Shown here: positions 39,743 through 50,650 of the stretch, piece after piece
Numbering within the stretch: the first letter of the stretch is position 1
Layout: each line of letters opens with the position of its first letter
NCBI GenBank assembly: GCA_963664815.2
Contig: CAXXHB010000003.1
Location: forward strand, 2,560,001 to 2,624,000
Direction of reading: 5' to 3'
Source of the DNA: Spirochaetota bacterium
GTDB taxonomy: Bacteria; Spirochaetota; UBA4802; UBA5550
Length of the DNA: 64,000 nt
Made by a program: the position numbers and the translations under genes
The notes under the pieces: model-generated
Seen by the model: only the letters and a program-made list of their open reading frames with translations
What the model was told of the DNA's origin: nothing
The model's database searches: none

Positions 39743-39850
39743 TAATTTCTTAGTTTAAAGATCAGTGCACAATAAATGATAATATCTCCAGGTCATATTC
39801 GGCTGCGGGGAGAATAGGGCATTTTCTGCTGTTAAAATGTTCAGGAATTT
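39743..39850 (+). mobile_element. MITE-like repeat, degenerate copy D
   Basis: GCGGGGAGAATAGGGCATTTTCT...GTTCAGGAATT matches the right half of copy C. Confidence 0.6.
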
Positions 39851-39935
39851 TTATTGGTTAATTTTTGTTATTTTTTCAGACTTTTAAACATCATAGTCAA
39901 GTTTTTTATTATATTTACCGGTTTAACCGGGCAGA

Positions 39936-39992
39936 ATCCGGCTTCAGAAGTGTTTCAGAATTTTAATGCCCGAAACACTTCTGAAGCCGGAT
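39936..39992. terminator. Long inverted repeat downstream of amylase gene
   Basis: ATCCGGCTTCAGAAGTGTTTC...GAAACACTTCTGAAGCCGGAT, 21-bp perfect stem. Confidence 0.7.
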
Positions 39993-39999
39993 AACAATC

Positions 40000-41241
40000 T
40001 CATTTTTTCACCCAGACTGTATATTCCCCCTCTTTTTCAAAACCTTTATCCCAACCAGGACCGGGACCTTTATAATTCGAACCGATAGATATTGCCAGTG
40101 TTTCTTCATTTTTATCATTTTTAACTATACCTGCAAATCCCGTATAGCTGCCGCAGAGATCAATCCATTCGGATGATGCGGATATCCTGCAATTTTTCCT
40201 CAGGGATGCAAGTTGTGAAATTTCGTTTCCAAGTCCCCAGTCAAAAAAATCCGGCCAGTAAATGCAGGGAGTTCCAGGCATAGTCATAATAAAAGCATAT
40301 GCTTTCGATTTATAAAACGGGGGACATGGCCAGCACTCCTGCCCCCAGCCATTTGCAGTGGAATAAGGTGACGCTCCCATATCATGGTTATCAACAAAAG
40401 TAACAACCGAGCTCCGTTCTGCGGCATTTCCCATTGAGTTCAGGCCGTATTTCAGCCTTGAGGGATCTGCTGTCTGAATCTGTCTTTTCAGTATTATATC
40501 AAAAGCGCAGCCTTCGCTCTCTTTCGCCCAACCGAGTATTCTCGATGCTTCATCTGCGCCATACCTGTTCACCATGGGGTCATTTTTCATGTAGGGAGAA
40601 TCCTGCCAGTACTCTCCAATTGAGATGTATTCGTCCCTGTCAGTACTCTTTATCCAGCTTACAACCTCATGCACTTCATACCCCCAGACATAATCCCATC
40701 GCCAGCCGTCAATGCCGTAGTCATCCATAAGTTCATCCATTGCATCCCTGATTCTTTTATGCACAACCGGATCAGAAAGGTTAAGATCAAATTTACCATC
40801 CATAAAAGATCCCCCTTCATCCTTTCCTCCGACAGCCCAGCATGGGCCCGGATATTCCCAGATATCTTTCTCCATTCTGTTTCCATCTCTGTGGTTTGTC
40901 ACCAGGTCGGCAATCACCCTGATATTTTTTGAGTGAAGCGCAGAGACAAGGTTTTTAAGCTCATTTTTAGTCCCGTACCTTGAATCAAGATCAAAATCAT
41001 GCCAGAAATAACCCTCTCCCCCTCCCCGTTTTCCATCTTTTTCCCAGAATGAATCATCGCGCCATAAGGGGGGAAGATATACTACAGTAAACCCCGCATC
41101 AGCAATATCTGCGGTCATATCTGTCAGGATATGGAACCATGATTTTTCCGATTTATTCAGAGTTCCCTCTCCGCTGGTCTTGACTAAATTCCAGTGAAAA
41201 GCCTGAAGGATTATGTCATAGCCGCTGCCTCTAGTTGCCAT
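40000..41241 (-). CDS. GH13 alpha-amylase (cytoplasmic)
   Basis: LQAFHW, ADLVTNH, GWRWDYV, GEYW and FVDNHD conserved regions; no signal peptide. Confidence 0.9.
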   Translation of the reverse strand: MATRGSGYDIILQAFHWNLVKTSGEGTLNKSEKSWFHILTDMTADIADAGFTVVYLPPLWRDDSFWEKDGKRGGGEGYFWHDFDLDSRYGTKNELKNLVSALHSKNIRVIADLVTNHRDGNRMEKDIWEYPGPCWAVGGKDEGGSFMDGKFDLNLSDPVVHKRIRDAMDELMDDYGIDGWRWDYVWGYEVHEVVSWIKSTDRDEYISIGEYWQDSPYMKNDPMVNRYGADEASRILGWAKESEGCAFDIILKRQIQTADPSRLKYGLNSMGNAAERSSVVTFVDNHDMGASPYSTANGWGQECWPCPPFYKSKAYAFIMTMPGTPCIYWPDFFDWGLGNEISQLASLRKNCRISASSEWIDLCGSYTGFAGIVKNDKNEETLAISIGSNYKGPGPGWDKGFEKEGEYTVWVKK

Positions 41242-41996
41242 ATTATCCCCCTTTATTTATTGTATCAGATTTTTTATTCATGTGCCTGTATTTTCTATAT
41301 AATAAAATGATTAAATATTTTCAAAAAAATAATTGATTTAATACAGTCGCTACCAATAATTGCTATTTATATATAATGGCGGAGAATTTTTTTCATATAC
41401 ACCCTGCGATGCGCTGATTTTATTGATCTGTTAAATCAATCCTGTTTTTTCTATATTCTTTTTTTTTATTGACATCACGGTTATAAATAAACCTTTTGTA
41501 ATTAAAAAAGCAGTACTATTTTACATATATTTGGAATAGAGCAGGACAGAGAATGACCTCTGGATACTCAAGTCACCGACAGCCTGCCGAATTAAAATTT
41601 AACTATGTTCATGCTATAACGTGTTTATACTATAATGAAAGAATTTTTAAATATTAAAAGAATCGATTATTCCGGTTATTTTATAATTATAGTTAATGTT
41701 ATGTTCGCTCATTATCTGACCTGCGTCGCATCAAATAATAAATGAAATCTTAATCTCCTTTCTTGTACCCGGGGAATTATCGATTTCATATTATTCAAGA
41801 CCGGTCAGTTATATTATAAGTAATGAAGAGAAATCTCTTTATTCAAATTTTTAAAACTGGCTTTTAATTTATATGCTTTATACCGGACGTTTAATTTCAG
41901 TACGGTTGATCCCAGCCGTTAATGTTTATTACTCCCTGTTGAAGCAATAAAGCAGCCGGATCTACATTTAAAAAAAAAGGTTAGAGGTTAACCAGT

Positions 41997-44456
41997 ATGA
42001 AAATTTTCAAAAAAGTTTCTTTCATGGCGGGAATGTTGCTGTTCACAGCAGCCGCGTTTGCCAGCGAAGCGGATTTAAAAATCCCGGATCTCCACCATGG
42101 TATGCCTTACAATAAACTTGGCGGCATAACACCCTTTTATCTTCTTCTCTACGGTTCAATAGTAATTGCAGGAACTCTCGGAATAAGCTTATTCCTTCGT
42201 CACCAGGTAAGAGTTCTGGAAGCACACAAATCAATGCTTGATGTTGCAGATACTATTTACAAAACATGTAAGACATATCTTGTCCAGCAGGGTAAATTCC
42301 TTCTCATGCTCTTTGCATTTATAGCTGCTGCAATGGCATTCTATTTTCTTGCTCTTAAAGGACAGTCAGTAGGAACACTCGCTCTTGTTCTTATCTTCTC
42401 TGTAGTTGGTATGCTCGGCTCTTACACCGTTGCATGGTATGGAATCAGAATAAATACATATGCCAATGCACGTACAGCCTTCGCATCGCTTAGAGGAAAA
42501 CCATGGGATGTTGTAAATATTCCGCTCCGTGCAGGAATGAGCGTCGGTTTATTCCTTATTTCTCTTGAACTTATAATGATGGTTTTTATACTTCTTGCCG
42601 TCCCAAGAGATATAGTCGGATATTGTTTCCTCGGATTTGCCATTGGCGAATCTCTTGCAGCTTCAGCTCTCAGAATCGCCGGCGGTATATTCACAAAAAT
42701 TGCTGATATAGGATCTGACCTGATGAAAATCGTTTTCAACGTAAAAGAAGACGATCCCCGCAACCCTGGCGTTATTGCAGACTGTACAGGTGACAATGCA
42801 GGCGACAGTGTAGGACCTACAGCTGACGGTTTTGAAACATACGGAGTAACAGGTGTTGCTCTTATATCTTTTATAACACTTGCTGTTGTAAATAACGATG
42901 CTCTGATGAGAGAAGCTATACAGGGCAAACTGATAGTATGGATATTCGGAATGAGATTTCTCATGGACTTCATGTCCGGTATTTCATACTTTGTAAACCA
43001 GTTTATTTCAGAAAGAAAATATAAAGATCTTAAGGAATTTGACTTTGAAGAGCCACTTATGAGGCTTATATGGATTGCAGCTCTACTGTGCCTGTCAACA
43101 TCATTTGTTATGAGCTACCTCCTTATCAGTGACATATCCGTAACTGTAGACGGCGTTGTAAAGACAGCCCCTCACCTGTGGTGGCAGCTTGCGGTAATTA
43201 TCGGCTGCGGTAACCTTGCAGCGGTTCTTATCCCTGAATTTACAAAAGCATTCACAAGTTCCAAGTCTAAACACGTACATGAAATTGTTACAGCATCAAG
43301 GGAAGGCGGAGCATCTCTTACCATTCTTTCGGGTCTTGTTGCAGGCAACTTCAGTGCATTCTATACAGGTACTCTGATTGCAGGACTCATGTCTGTTGCA
43401 GCAGTTGTAAGCTCTTTCATTCCCGAATTTATAATTACATACCCGACAATTTTTGCTTTCGGTCTTGTTGCATTCGGTTTCCTCTGTATGGGTCCCGTTA
43501 ACATAGCTGTTGACAGTTATGGTCCTGTTACAGACAATGCCCAGTCCGTATTTGAGCTTGCACAGACTGAGTCTATTAAGGGCATCAGCGCAGAGATCAA
43601 AAAAGATTTCGGTTTTGAACCTGATTTTGAAATGGGTAAACATTACCTTGAAGCAAACGACTCCGCGGGTAATACTTTTAAAGCTACTGCAAAACCAGTT
43701 CTTATCGGTACAGCGGTGGTTGGTTCTACAACAATGATTTTCTCAATTATCCTTATGCTTAAAGCACAGAACATGTTTCATGCCGACCTTACACAGCCTA
43801 CCACACTTATAGGTCTCATTATGGGTGGCGCAATCATTTTCTGGTTCAGCGGAGCTTCCATGCAGGCTGTAACAACAGGAGCATACAGTGCTGTTGATTT
43901 TATCAAGAAGAACCTGGATCTCAACAAGAAAGAGGCGGATATTGCTGATTCAATCGCAGTTGTTAAGATATGCACACAGTATGCACAGAAAGGTATGTGG
44001 AATATATTCATAGCCCTTATGTCCGTAACTCTGGCATTTGCATTCGTTAACCCGAACTTCTTTGTTGCTTACCTTGTGTCTATTGCATGCTTCGGTCTTT
44101 TCCAGGCTATCTACATGGCAAATGCAGGGGGATCATGGGATAATGCGAAGAAGCTTGTTGAAGTTGACCTTAAAGAGAAAAACACAGCTCTTCATGCGGC
44201 AGCTGTTATAGGCGACACAGTCGGTGACCCGTTCAAGGACACAACATCTGTTTCCCTTAACCCTATAATCAAGTTCTCAACTCTTTTCGGAATGCTTGCA
44301 ACTGAGATTGCCATAGAAATGGCAATTCATGCAAGAGACAGCCACTCCACGAATTACGGGCCGTATATTGCAATACCTCTTTTCCTTATTGCGCTTGTAT
44401 TTATCTGGAGATCATTCTATTCTATGAGAATACCTGCTGATGCAGTAAACAAGTAA
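41997..44456 (+). CDS. hppA: Membrane-integral ion-translocating pyrophosphatase
   Basis: GGIFTKIADIGSDL, EDDPRNPGVIADCTGDNAGD, GNTFKA and GDTVGDPFKDT motifs. Confidence 0.97.
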   Translation: MKIFKKVSFMAGMLLFTAAAFASEADLKIPDLHHGMPYNKLGGITPFYLLLYGSIVIAGTLGISLFLRHQVRVLEAHKSMLDVADTIYKTCKTYLVQQGKFLLMLFAFIAAAMAFYFLALKGQSVGTLALVLIFSVVGMLGSYTVAWYGIRINTYANARTAFASLRGKPWDVVNIPLRAGMSVGLFLISLELIMMVFILLAVPRDIVGYCFLGFAIGESLAASALRIAGGIFTKIADIGSDLMKIVFNVKEDDPRNPGVIADCTGDNAGDSVGPTADGFETYGVTGVALISFITLAVVNNDALMREAIQGKLIVWIFGMRFLMDFMSGISYFVNQFISERKYKDLKEFDFEEPLMRLIWIAALLCLSTSFVMSYLLISDISVTVDGVVKTAPHLWWQLAVIIGCGNLAAVLIPEFTKAFTSSKSKHVHEIVTASREGGASLTILSGLVAGNFSAFYTGTLIAGLMSVAAVVSSFIPEFIITYPTIFAFGLVAFGFLCMGPVNIAVDSYGPVTDNAQSVFELAQTESIKGISAEIKKDFGFEPDFEMGKHYLEANDSAGNTFKATAKPVLIGTAVVGSTTMIFSIILMLKAQNMFHADLTQPTTLIGLIMGGAIIFWFSGASMQAVTTGAYSAVDFIKKNLDLNKKEADIADSIAVVKICTQYAQKGMWNIFIALMSVTLAFAFVNPNFFVAYLVSIACFGLFQAIYMANAGGSWDNAKKLVEVDLKEKNTALHAAAVIGDTVGDPFKDTTSVSLNPIIKFSTLFGMLATEIAIEMAIHARDSHSTNYGPYIAIPLFLIALVFIWRSFYSMRIPADAVNK

Positions 44457-44476
44457 TAGTTTTTTTAATTGATCAG

Positions 44477-44511
44477 TGAAAAAAAGCCCCCTCCGGAGGG
44501 CTTTTTTTTCA
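44477..44511 (+). terminator. Rho-independent terminator
   Basis: AAAAAAAGCCCC-TCCGGA-GGGCTTTTTTTT after hppA. Confidence 0.85.
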
Positions 44512-44660
44512 GCGTTTTCTATTAATTATTTCCCCGGTTACTCTTCTGTACCGACGATTCTCTTTACAAAATATTCATATTAACTAAAATTCCTTGCAAT
44601 TATTTAACCGGCATTGACACTGTCCGCGTAAAAGAGACTACCCGGAGGTAATTCCCGACA

Positions 44661-45290
44661 GTGGATTTCATCAAAAACCTGATAAGCCTTTATATGGGAA
44701 ATATCAATTATCCCATGATACTTTTTCTGATGACTCTTGAAAGTACATTTATTCCGGTTCCCTCCGAACTTGTAGTTCCCCCTGCCGCATGGAAAGCAGC
44801 ACAGAGTGAAATGAATGTTTTCCTTGTAGTATGTATTTCAACACTTGGTTGCATCTTCGGCGCTCTCATAAACTATTTCCTGGCTAAATACCTCGGACGA
44901 AAGCTGATCTACTCGCTTGTTGACACTAAAATTGCACACATGCTGTTTATAAACAGAGAAAACATGGAAAAATCTGAGACTTTTTTTATTAAATACGGCA
45001 GAAGTTCAACATTTATCGGCAGGCTTGTCCCCGGAATCAGACATCTTATATCAATTCCGGCCGGTATAGCTCAAATGAATCTTGCTGATTTTATTTTTTT
45101 TACAGCGATGGGTTCAGCCCTTTGGAACAGTATACTTGCCGCGCTTGGATATTTTCTCTACACCCAGCAGGAATTGCTGAAGAAGTATTATAAAGATCTA
45201 TCCATATTTTTTCTCATAGTGTTTATTATTTTTGTAATTTACCTGATTTATAAATTCTTTATAAAAAAACAGGCATCTGCAAAATCATAA
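44661..45290 (+). CDS. DedA family membrane protein
   Basis: LESTFIPVPSE and FIGRLVPGIRHLISIPAG motifs. Confidence 0.93.
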   Translation: MDFIKNLISLYMGNINYPMILFLMTLESTFIPVPSELVVPPAAWKAAQSEMNVFLVVCISTLGCIFGALINYFLAKYLGRKLIYSLVDTKIAHMLFINRENMEKSETFFIKYGRSSTFIGRLVPGIRHLISIPAGIAQMNLADFIFFTAMGSALWNSILAALGYFLYTQQELLKKYYKDLSIFFLIVFIIFVIYLIYKFFIKKQASAKS

Positions 45291-45333
45291 AATCCCGGAA
45301 AATTAAATGAAAACCCCATAAAGGAGTATTGAA

Positions 45334-45951
45334 ATGCTTATACAAAAAGAAATGAAATTCTTCAAACTATTTAATCAGCAGAGCGATAACATGCTTACTG
45401 CCGCAAAATATTTTAATGAACTTGTCACAACAGGAAATTTTAACGATGATACCATTGCAACAATGCACAGAATAGAGCATGAGGGAGATATAATAAGCAG
45501 GGAAGTATCAGTAACTCTTAATAAAACATTCATTACGCCATTCGACAGAGAAGATATCTTTGATCTCTCAAATGCAATCGATAATGTTGTAGATTCCATA
45601 AATGCCATTACCAAAAGAATGAAGCTCTACAAACTGACAAAACCTGATGCTATATTGAAACAGTTTGCTGTTCTTATTGAACAATCTGCATTATCATTAA
45701 GCGATGCCTTAAAAAATCTCGACAACATGAAAAATGCATCACGCGTACAGATTTACTGCAGCGATGTCAACAGGCTTGAAAACCTTGGAGATCAGCTGAG
45801 AGATACTGCTATAAGTGATCTCTTTGAAAAACAGACAGACCCTATACATATTCTTAAGTGGAAAGAGATATATGAAACTTCTGAGCATACAATTGATCTG
45901 TGCGATCATGTTGGAAAAACAATCTATTCAATTATAGTAAAACAGGGCTGA
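45334..45951 (+). CDS. DUF47 / PhoU-like phosphate transport regulator
   Basis: EHEGD, FITPFDREDI and ENLGD motifs; adjacent to PiT. Confidence 0.92.
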   Translation: MLIQKEMKFFKLFNQQSDNMLTAAKYFNELVTTGNFNDDTIATMHRIEHEGDIISREVSVTLNKTFITPFDREDIFDLSNAIDNVVDSINAITKRMKLYKLTKPDAILKQFAVLIEQSALSLSDALKNLDNMKNASRVQIYCSDVNRLENLGDQLRDTAISDLFEKQTDPIHILKWKEIYETSEHTIDLCDHVGKTIYSIIVKQG

Positions 45952-45982
45952 TATAAATCCAGTTTGAAAAGAGGAAAAAATT

Positions 45983-46975
45983 GTGACAACCAGTATAATA
46001 TTATTGATTTTACTCGCTCTGTTTTTTGATTTTTTAAACGGTTTTCATGATGCAGCGAATTCAATTGCAACCGTAGTTGCAACAAGGGTTTTATCGCCAA
46101 ATCTCGCTGTTATATGGGCAGCCTCATTCAGTTTTATAGCCTTCCTTATTTTCGGTCTTCATGTTGCAGGCACAATAGGAAAAGGAATTATACAGCCGGG
46201 AGTCATGGACACTCATATAATATTTGCAACATTGACCGGTGCCTGTTTATGGAATCTGATTACATGGTGGTTCGGACTTCCTACAAGCTCGTCTCATGCG
46301 CTCATGGGGGGCCTCGTAGGTTCAGCATTCGTGAAGGGCGGGTTTGATACAATAGTCCCCTCAGGAATTATTAAAATTCTCGCTTTTATTGTTGTATCCC
46401 CTCTTCTTGGAATGCTTTTAGGAACCACTCTGGGTGTAATTGTTTACAGAATTTTCCGGAAAAGCACACCGCGTAATATAGATTCATACTTCAGAAAAGG
46501 TCAGCTTCTTTCAGCGGCTGCTTATAGTCTGGGTCATGGAGGAAATGATGCCCAAAAAACAATGGGAATAATAGCCGGCCTTCTTTTCAGCCAGGGGCTG
46601 ATAGGACCTACCTTCCATGTTCCGTTCTGGGTTATAATAGCATGTCAGGCGGCTCTCTCATCAGGAACACTGATGGGGGGATGGAGAATTGTAAAAACAA
46701 TGGGTAACAAGATCACAAAGCTCAGACCTGTTGACGGATTCTGCGCGGAAACAGGCGCTGCAATCACTCTATATATAGCCTCTTTTTTCGGTATCCCGGT
46801 AAGTACAACTCATACTATAACCGGTTCAATTGTAGGTGTAGGCTCCCTTAAACGTCTGTCTGCTGTTAAATGGGGAGTTGCCGGAAAAATTGTCTGGGCA
46901 TGGATCATTACAATTCCTGCCGCAGCAACAATGGCAATGATCACTTATTACATCAGCACATTCTTTTCTTTTTAA
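45983..46975 (+). CDS. pit: Inorganic phosphate transporter (PiT family)
   Basis: NGFHDAANSIAT, HGGNDAQK and PVSTTH motifs. Confidence 0.95.
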   Translation: MTTSIILLILLALFFDFLNGFHDAANSIATVVATRVLSPNLAVIWAASFSFIAFLIFGLHVAGTIGKGIIQPGVMDTHIIFATLTGACLWNLITWWFGLPTSSSHALMGGLVGSAFVKGGFDTIVPSGIIKILAFIVVSPLLGMLLGTTLGVIVYRIFRKSTPRNIDSYFRKGQLLSAAAYSLGHGGNDAQKTMGIIAGLLFSQGLIGPTFHVPFWVIIACQAALSSGTLMGGWRIVKTMGNKITKLRPVDGFCAETGAAITLYIASFFGIPVSTTHTITGSIVGVGSLKRLSAVKWGVAGKIVWAWIITIPAAATMAMITYYISTFFSF

Positions 46976-47226
46976 GTTAATCACGAATATACCGGTGAGT
47001 AATATCTCTCACCGGAAATGTGAAAAAATTCCTTTCTGCTAAAAAATTTATTTTATTTTTTTCTGCTCCTGATTACACTACTTTCATCAATATAAGGGCC
47101 TGAATGCTGTCTGTTGAGAAATAAGTCATGATCCGGGAAATAGTGTATTTTATTACCGCTCCAAAAACTTATTGTATTTTAAAGCTGTTATATTCACATG
47201 GATATATAATAGAACAGGAAGGATAG

Positions 47227-48975
47227 ATGAACTTAGAAAAATTTAAAGATCTCGGATTATCAGAAGAAATTCTCAAAGAACTTAAAAAAAAGGGTTTTGA
47301 AGAACCCACAGAAATTCAGGAAAAAATTATTCCTATACTGCTGAAGGAAGAAGTAGATATAGTTGGACAGGCTCAGACTGGAACTGGTAAAACAGCCGCA
47401 TTCGGACTCCCCATACTTGAACGTATCAGTAAAAACTCAAAACACGTACAGGCATTGATACTGGTTCCCACACGGGAACTGGCAATTCAGGTATCTGAAG
47501 AACTTAATTCGTTTAAAGGCAAAAAAAAGCTCCAGATAATTCCTGTCTACGGCGGACAATCCATAACAGACCAGATAAGAAAACTTGAGAATGGTGTTGA
47601 TATTGTTGTCGGAACACCCGGCAGAATAAATGATCACCTGAAAAGAAGAAGCATCTCTCTTTCATCTGTAACATATGTAGTTCTTGATGAAGCCGATGAG
47701 ATGCTGAACATGGGTTTCATTGACGAGGTTGAGGATATTCTTAAACATACAAATCCCGAAAGAAAAACACTCCTTTTCTCCGCCACAATGCATGAAAGCA
47801 TACTGCAGATTGCTAAAAAACATATGAAAGAGTTCAAGACAGTTATTACAAAAAATCTTCAACTCACAGCCGATCTTACAGACCAGATATATTTTGAAGT
47901 ATCAAACTCCGACAAGTTTGAAGCTCTCTGCCGTATCATAGACATGGAAATTGATTTTTACGGACTTATTTTCTGCCGGACAAAAGTTGCTGTTGATGAA
48001 CTTACCAATAAGCTTGTTGACCGCGGATATGATGCCGAGGGTATTCATGGAGACCTGTCACAGTTTCAGAGAGAAAGAACTCTTGATAAATTTAAAAAGA
48101 GAAGAACCAGTATTCTTGTTGCAACCGATGTTGCTGCCCGCGGTATTGATGTAGTAAACCTCTCTCATGTAATAAACTATTCTCTCCCGCAGGATCCTGA
48201 AGCCTATGTTCACAGAATAGGCCGAACAGGGCGTGCCGGTAAAAAGGGGATTGCAATTACATTTATAAGCTCTGATGAATACAGAAAGCTGATGTTTATA
48301 CAGAAAATCGCAAAGACAACTATCAGGAAAGAAAAAATTCCCGGAGCTTCTGAAATAATAAATATAAAGAAATCAAGAATAGAAGCTGAAGTGATAAAAA
48401 TTATTGATAACAAATCTCACACTGAATACCTTAAAACCGCTGAAAACATACTTAAAGAAAATGATCCGGTAGAAGTGCTGGCTGCTATTCTTAAATATTC
48501 ATTCCAGGACCAGTTGAATGAAAAACAATACAAGGAGATCAACGAGGTCTCTATTGATAAAAAGGGGACCTCAAGGCTTTTTGTTTCACTTGGCAGAAAA
48601 GACGGACTTTCCCCCAGGTCTCTTATTAAAATGATTACAAACCAGACAAAGGTAAGAGCCGGAAGCATCGATGATGTTAAAGTAATGGAAAGCTTTTCAT
48701 TTCTGACAGTGCCATTCGAAGACGCCGAGATTATACTGAAAAGCTTTAACAGCAAAGATGGTGAAAATAAAGCGGTTATACAAAGGGCAAACGATTCCAA
48801 AGATAAACCGGCAAGAGAAAGGCCGGACAGAGAAAGACCTTATCAAACCCGGCCCATCAAGGAAAATCAGGACAGGGAACGACCTTATAAAGCAAAATCT
48901 GACAAAGACAAACCGGATAGAAGTAAAAAATTTACCGGTAAGTCAAACAATGAGACACGAAGAAAAAATAAATAA
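47227..48975 (+). CDS. deaD: DEAD-box RNA helicase with DbpA RNA-binding domain
   Basis: AQTGTGKT, PTRELA, DEAD, SAT and HRIGRTGR motifs plus C-terminal RBD. Confidence 0.93.
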   Translation: MNLEKFKDLGLSEEILKELKKKGFEEPTEIQEKIIPILLKEEVDIVGQAQTGTGKTAAFGLPILERISKNSKHVQALILVPTRELAIQVSEELNSFKGKKKLQIIPVYGGQSITDQIRKLENGVDIVVGTPGRINDHLKRRSISLSSVTYVVLDEADEMLNMGFIDEVEDILKHTNPERKTLLFSATMHESILQIAKKHMKEFKTVITKNLQLTADLTDQIYFEVSNSDKFEALCRIIDMEIDFYGLIFCRTKVAVDELTNKLVDRGYDAEGIHGDLSQFQRERTLDKFKKRRTSILVATDVAARGIDVVNLSHVINYSLPQDPEAYVHRIGRTGRAGKKGIAITFISSDEYRKLMFIQKIAKTTIRKEKIPGASEIINIKKSRIEAEVIKIIDNKSHTEYLKTAENILKENDPVEVLAAILKYSFQDQLNEKQYKEINEVSIDKKGTSRLFVSLGRKDGLSPRSLIKMITNQTKVRAGSIDDVKVMESFSFLTVPFEDAEIILKSFNSKDGENKAVIQRANDSKDKPARERPDRERPYQTRPIKENQDRERPYKAKSDKDKPDRSKKFTGKSNNETRRKNK

Positions 48976-49040
48976 GAATATACCTTTGAGACTGAAAAAA
49001 CATTTATAAGTCTTAGCCGGGAAATTTATCGATTCTTTAA

Positions 49041-49832
49041 TTAATAATTATGCATGTGAAAATGAGAATGTTCTTTCCCGGCATGTCTGTGATAGTGTTC
49101 ATCAACCAGATTAACCTTTTTTAATAAACCAGAATCCTCAAGTAATTTCTCAGTGGGCATGTCGGCAACAATAGTATGATTTTCATCAAACAGTATTACC
49201 CTTTCGGCAATCTCCTGAACCAGTTCAAGGTTATGTGTAGACGAAATTATAGTTTTACCGGCCTTTTTCATCTCAATAATAAACTCCACAAGCCAGATTT
49301 GTGTCCTCGGGTCAAGGCCGTTCATCGGTTCATCTAAAACAAGGACATCAGGATTCAATGAAAGTACACTGGCTATCGCAACTTTTCTTTTCTCTCCGCC
49401 ACTAAGATGGTACGGCTGCCTTTTTTTTAATTTCTGTATATTGAGAAGATTCAGGCAATCATCAACTCTTGCATCCACTTCATTTTCATCCATTCCCATC
49501 TGCCTTGGACCAAATGCAATTTCATCATAGACATCAGAACAGAAAAGCTGAACTTCTGAATTCTGAAAAATAAATCCTATTTTTTTATGGAAAAGTTTTG
49601 AAAAACTGATATCCTTAAGTCTGTCTGCTGTAATCTCTTCACCATTGAATTTATAAACACCTTTATCCGGCAGTATTATCCCGTTTATCATTTTCAGGAG
49701 TGTTGATTTCCCGCATCCATTGGGTCCTATCAATGCTATTGATTCACCTTTTGTTATTTTAAGAGTAACGTCTTTTAAGGCCGCAGCTTCCTCGTAGGAA
49801 TAAAATGCATTCTCAATACTAATCATATTCAT
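49041..49832 (-). CDS. cbiO: Ni/Co ECF transporter ATPase (CbiO/NikO)
   Basis: GPNGCGKS, LSGGEK and LDEP motifs; His-rich C-terminus. Confidence 0.88.
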   Translation of the reverse strand: MNMISIENAFYSYEEAAALKDVTLKITKGESIALIGPNGCGKSTLLKMINGIILPDKGVYKFNGEEITADRLKDISFSKLFHKKIGFIFQNSEVQLFCSDVYDEIAFGPRQMGMDENEVDARVDDCLNLLNIQKLKKRQPYHLSGGEKRKVAIASVLSLNPDVLVLDEPMNGLDPRTQIWLVEFIIEMKKAGKTIISSTHNLELVQEIAERVILFDENHTIVADMPTEKLLEDSGLLKKVNLVDEHYHRHAGKEHSHFHMHNY

Positions 49833-50638
49833 ACCACTTTAAAATAGAAAAAAATTATAATCATCAGAACATTTGCCACAATATATAAAAGATCGGCAAT
49901 TGTGAACTGTATTTTTCTGGGAGCTTTATACTCACCTGTGAATCCCCGGCATTCCATTGCCGAATACATTTCAGCTGCCATTTCTGTAGATTTGATAAAC
50001 ATTGTTCCGGCTATCCCGGAAAGGGAAGCATATTTTTTATTGTTCTTCCCTACTGACCTTAATTTTAATGCATAAAGCATATTAAGTGAATATTCACCCA
50101 GCAGAAAAATATATTTTATAGTTATATCAAGTACAAAGATAAACAGATCCGGGATAAAAACTGTTTTCAGGGAAGCAGTTATTAAATTCCATGGTGTGGA
50201 ATATGAGAGTATATTTACCGCAATTACAGTTGCAAAAACTTTTGGTGTAATCATAAAAATACTGTAATAATTACCGAAATATACCGCCGGCAGCAGAACT
50301 ATCATTGTAAATACAGAAACAACAAAGCATATCTTCAAAATTCTGATAATTTCATCCCCCTTCATAAGGCTTAAAAGAAAAAGAAGATAAACATTAGCTA
50401 TAACAATAAATATAAAGCTTCGTGTCAGAGAAATGAGAATAACGAGAATCAGAGTAAATAATACTTTAAGTATGGCATTTACCTTAAACTTTTTATCCCT
50501 ATGACCGCTGTAGATTTTGATTTTTGAAAGAATGCTCAATAAAGAAAGGATACTCTTGTCTAAAAAAGTATCCTTATCTGATTGTGGGATATAATCATCA
50601 TTTCCTGAAAGCCATTCAGGTATACTTGAGTTTTTCAA
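49829..50638 (-). CDS. cbiQ: ECF transporter T component (CbiQ/NikQ)
   Basis: Hydrophobic; ALKLRS and AMECRGF Arg motifs. Confidence 0.88.
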   Translation of the reverse strand: MKNSSIPEWLSGNDDYIPQSDKDTFLDKSILSLLSILSKIKIYSGHRDKKFKVNAILKVLFTLILVILISLTRSFIFIVIANVYLLFLLSLMKGDEIIRILKICFVVSVFTMIVLLPAVYFGNYYSIFMITPKVFATVIAVNILSYSTPWNLITASLKTVFIPDLFIFVLDITIKYIFLLGEYSLNMLYALKLRSVGKNNKKYASLSGIAGTMFIKSTEMAAEMYSAMECRGFTGEYKAPRKIQFTIADLLYIVANVLMIIIFFYFKVV

Positions 50639-50650
50639 ATTGTCTTCTCA

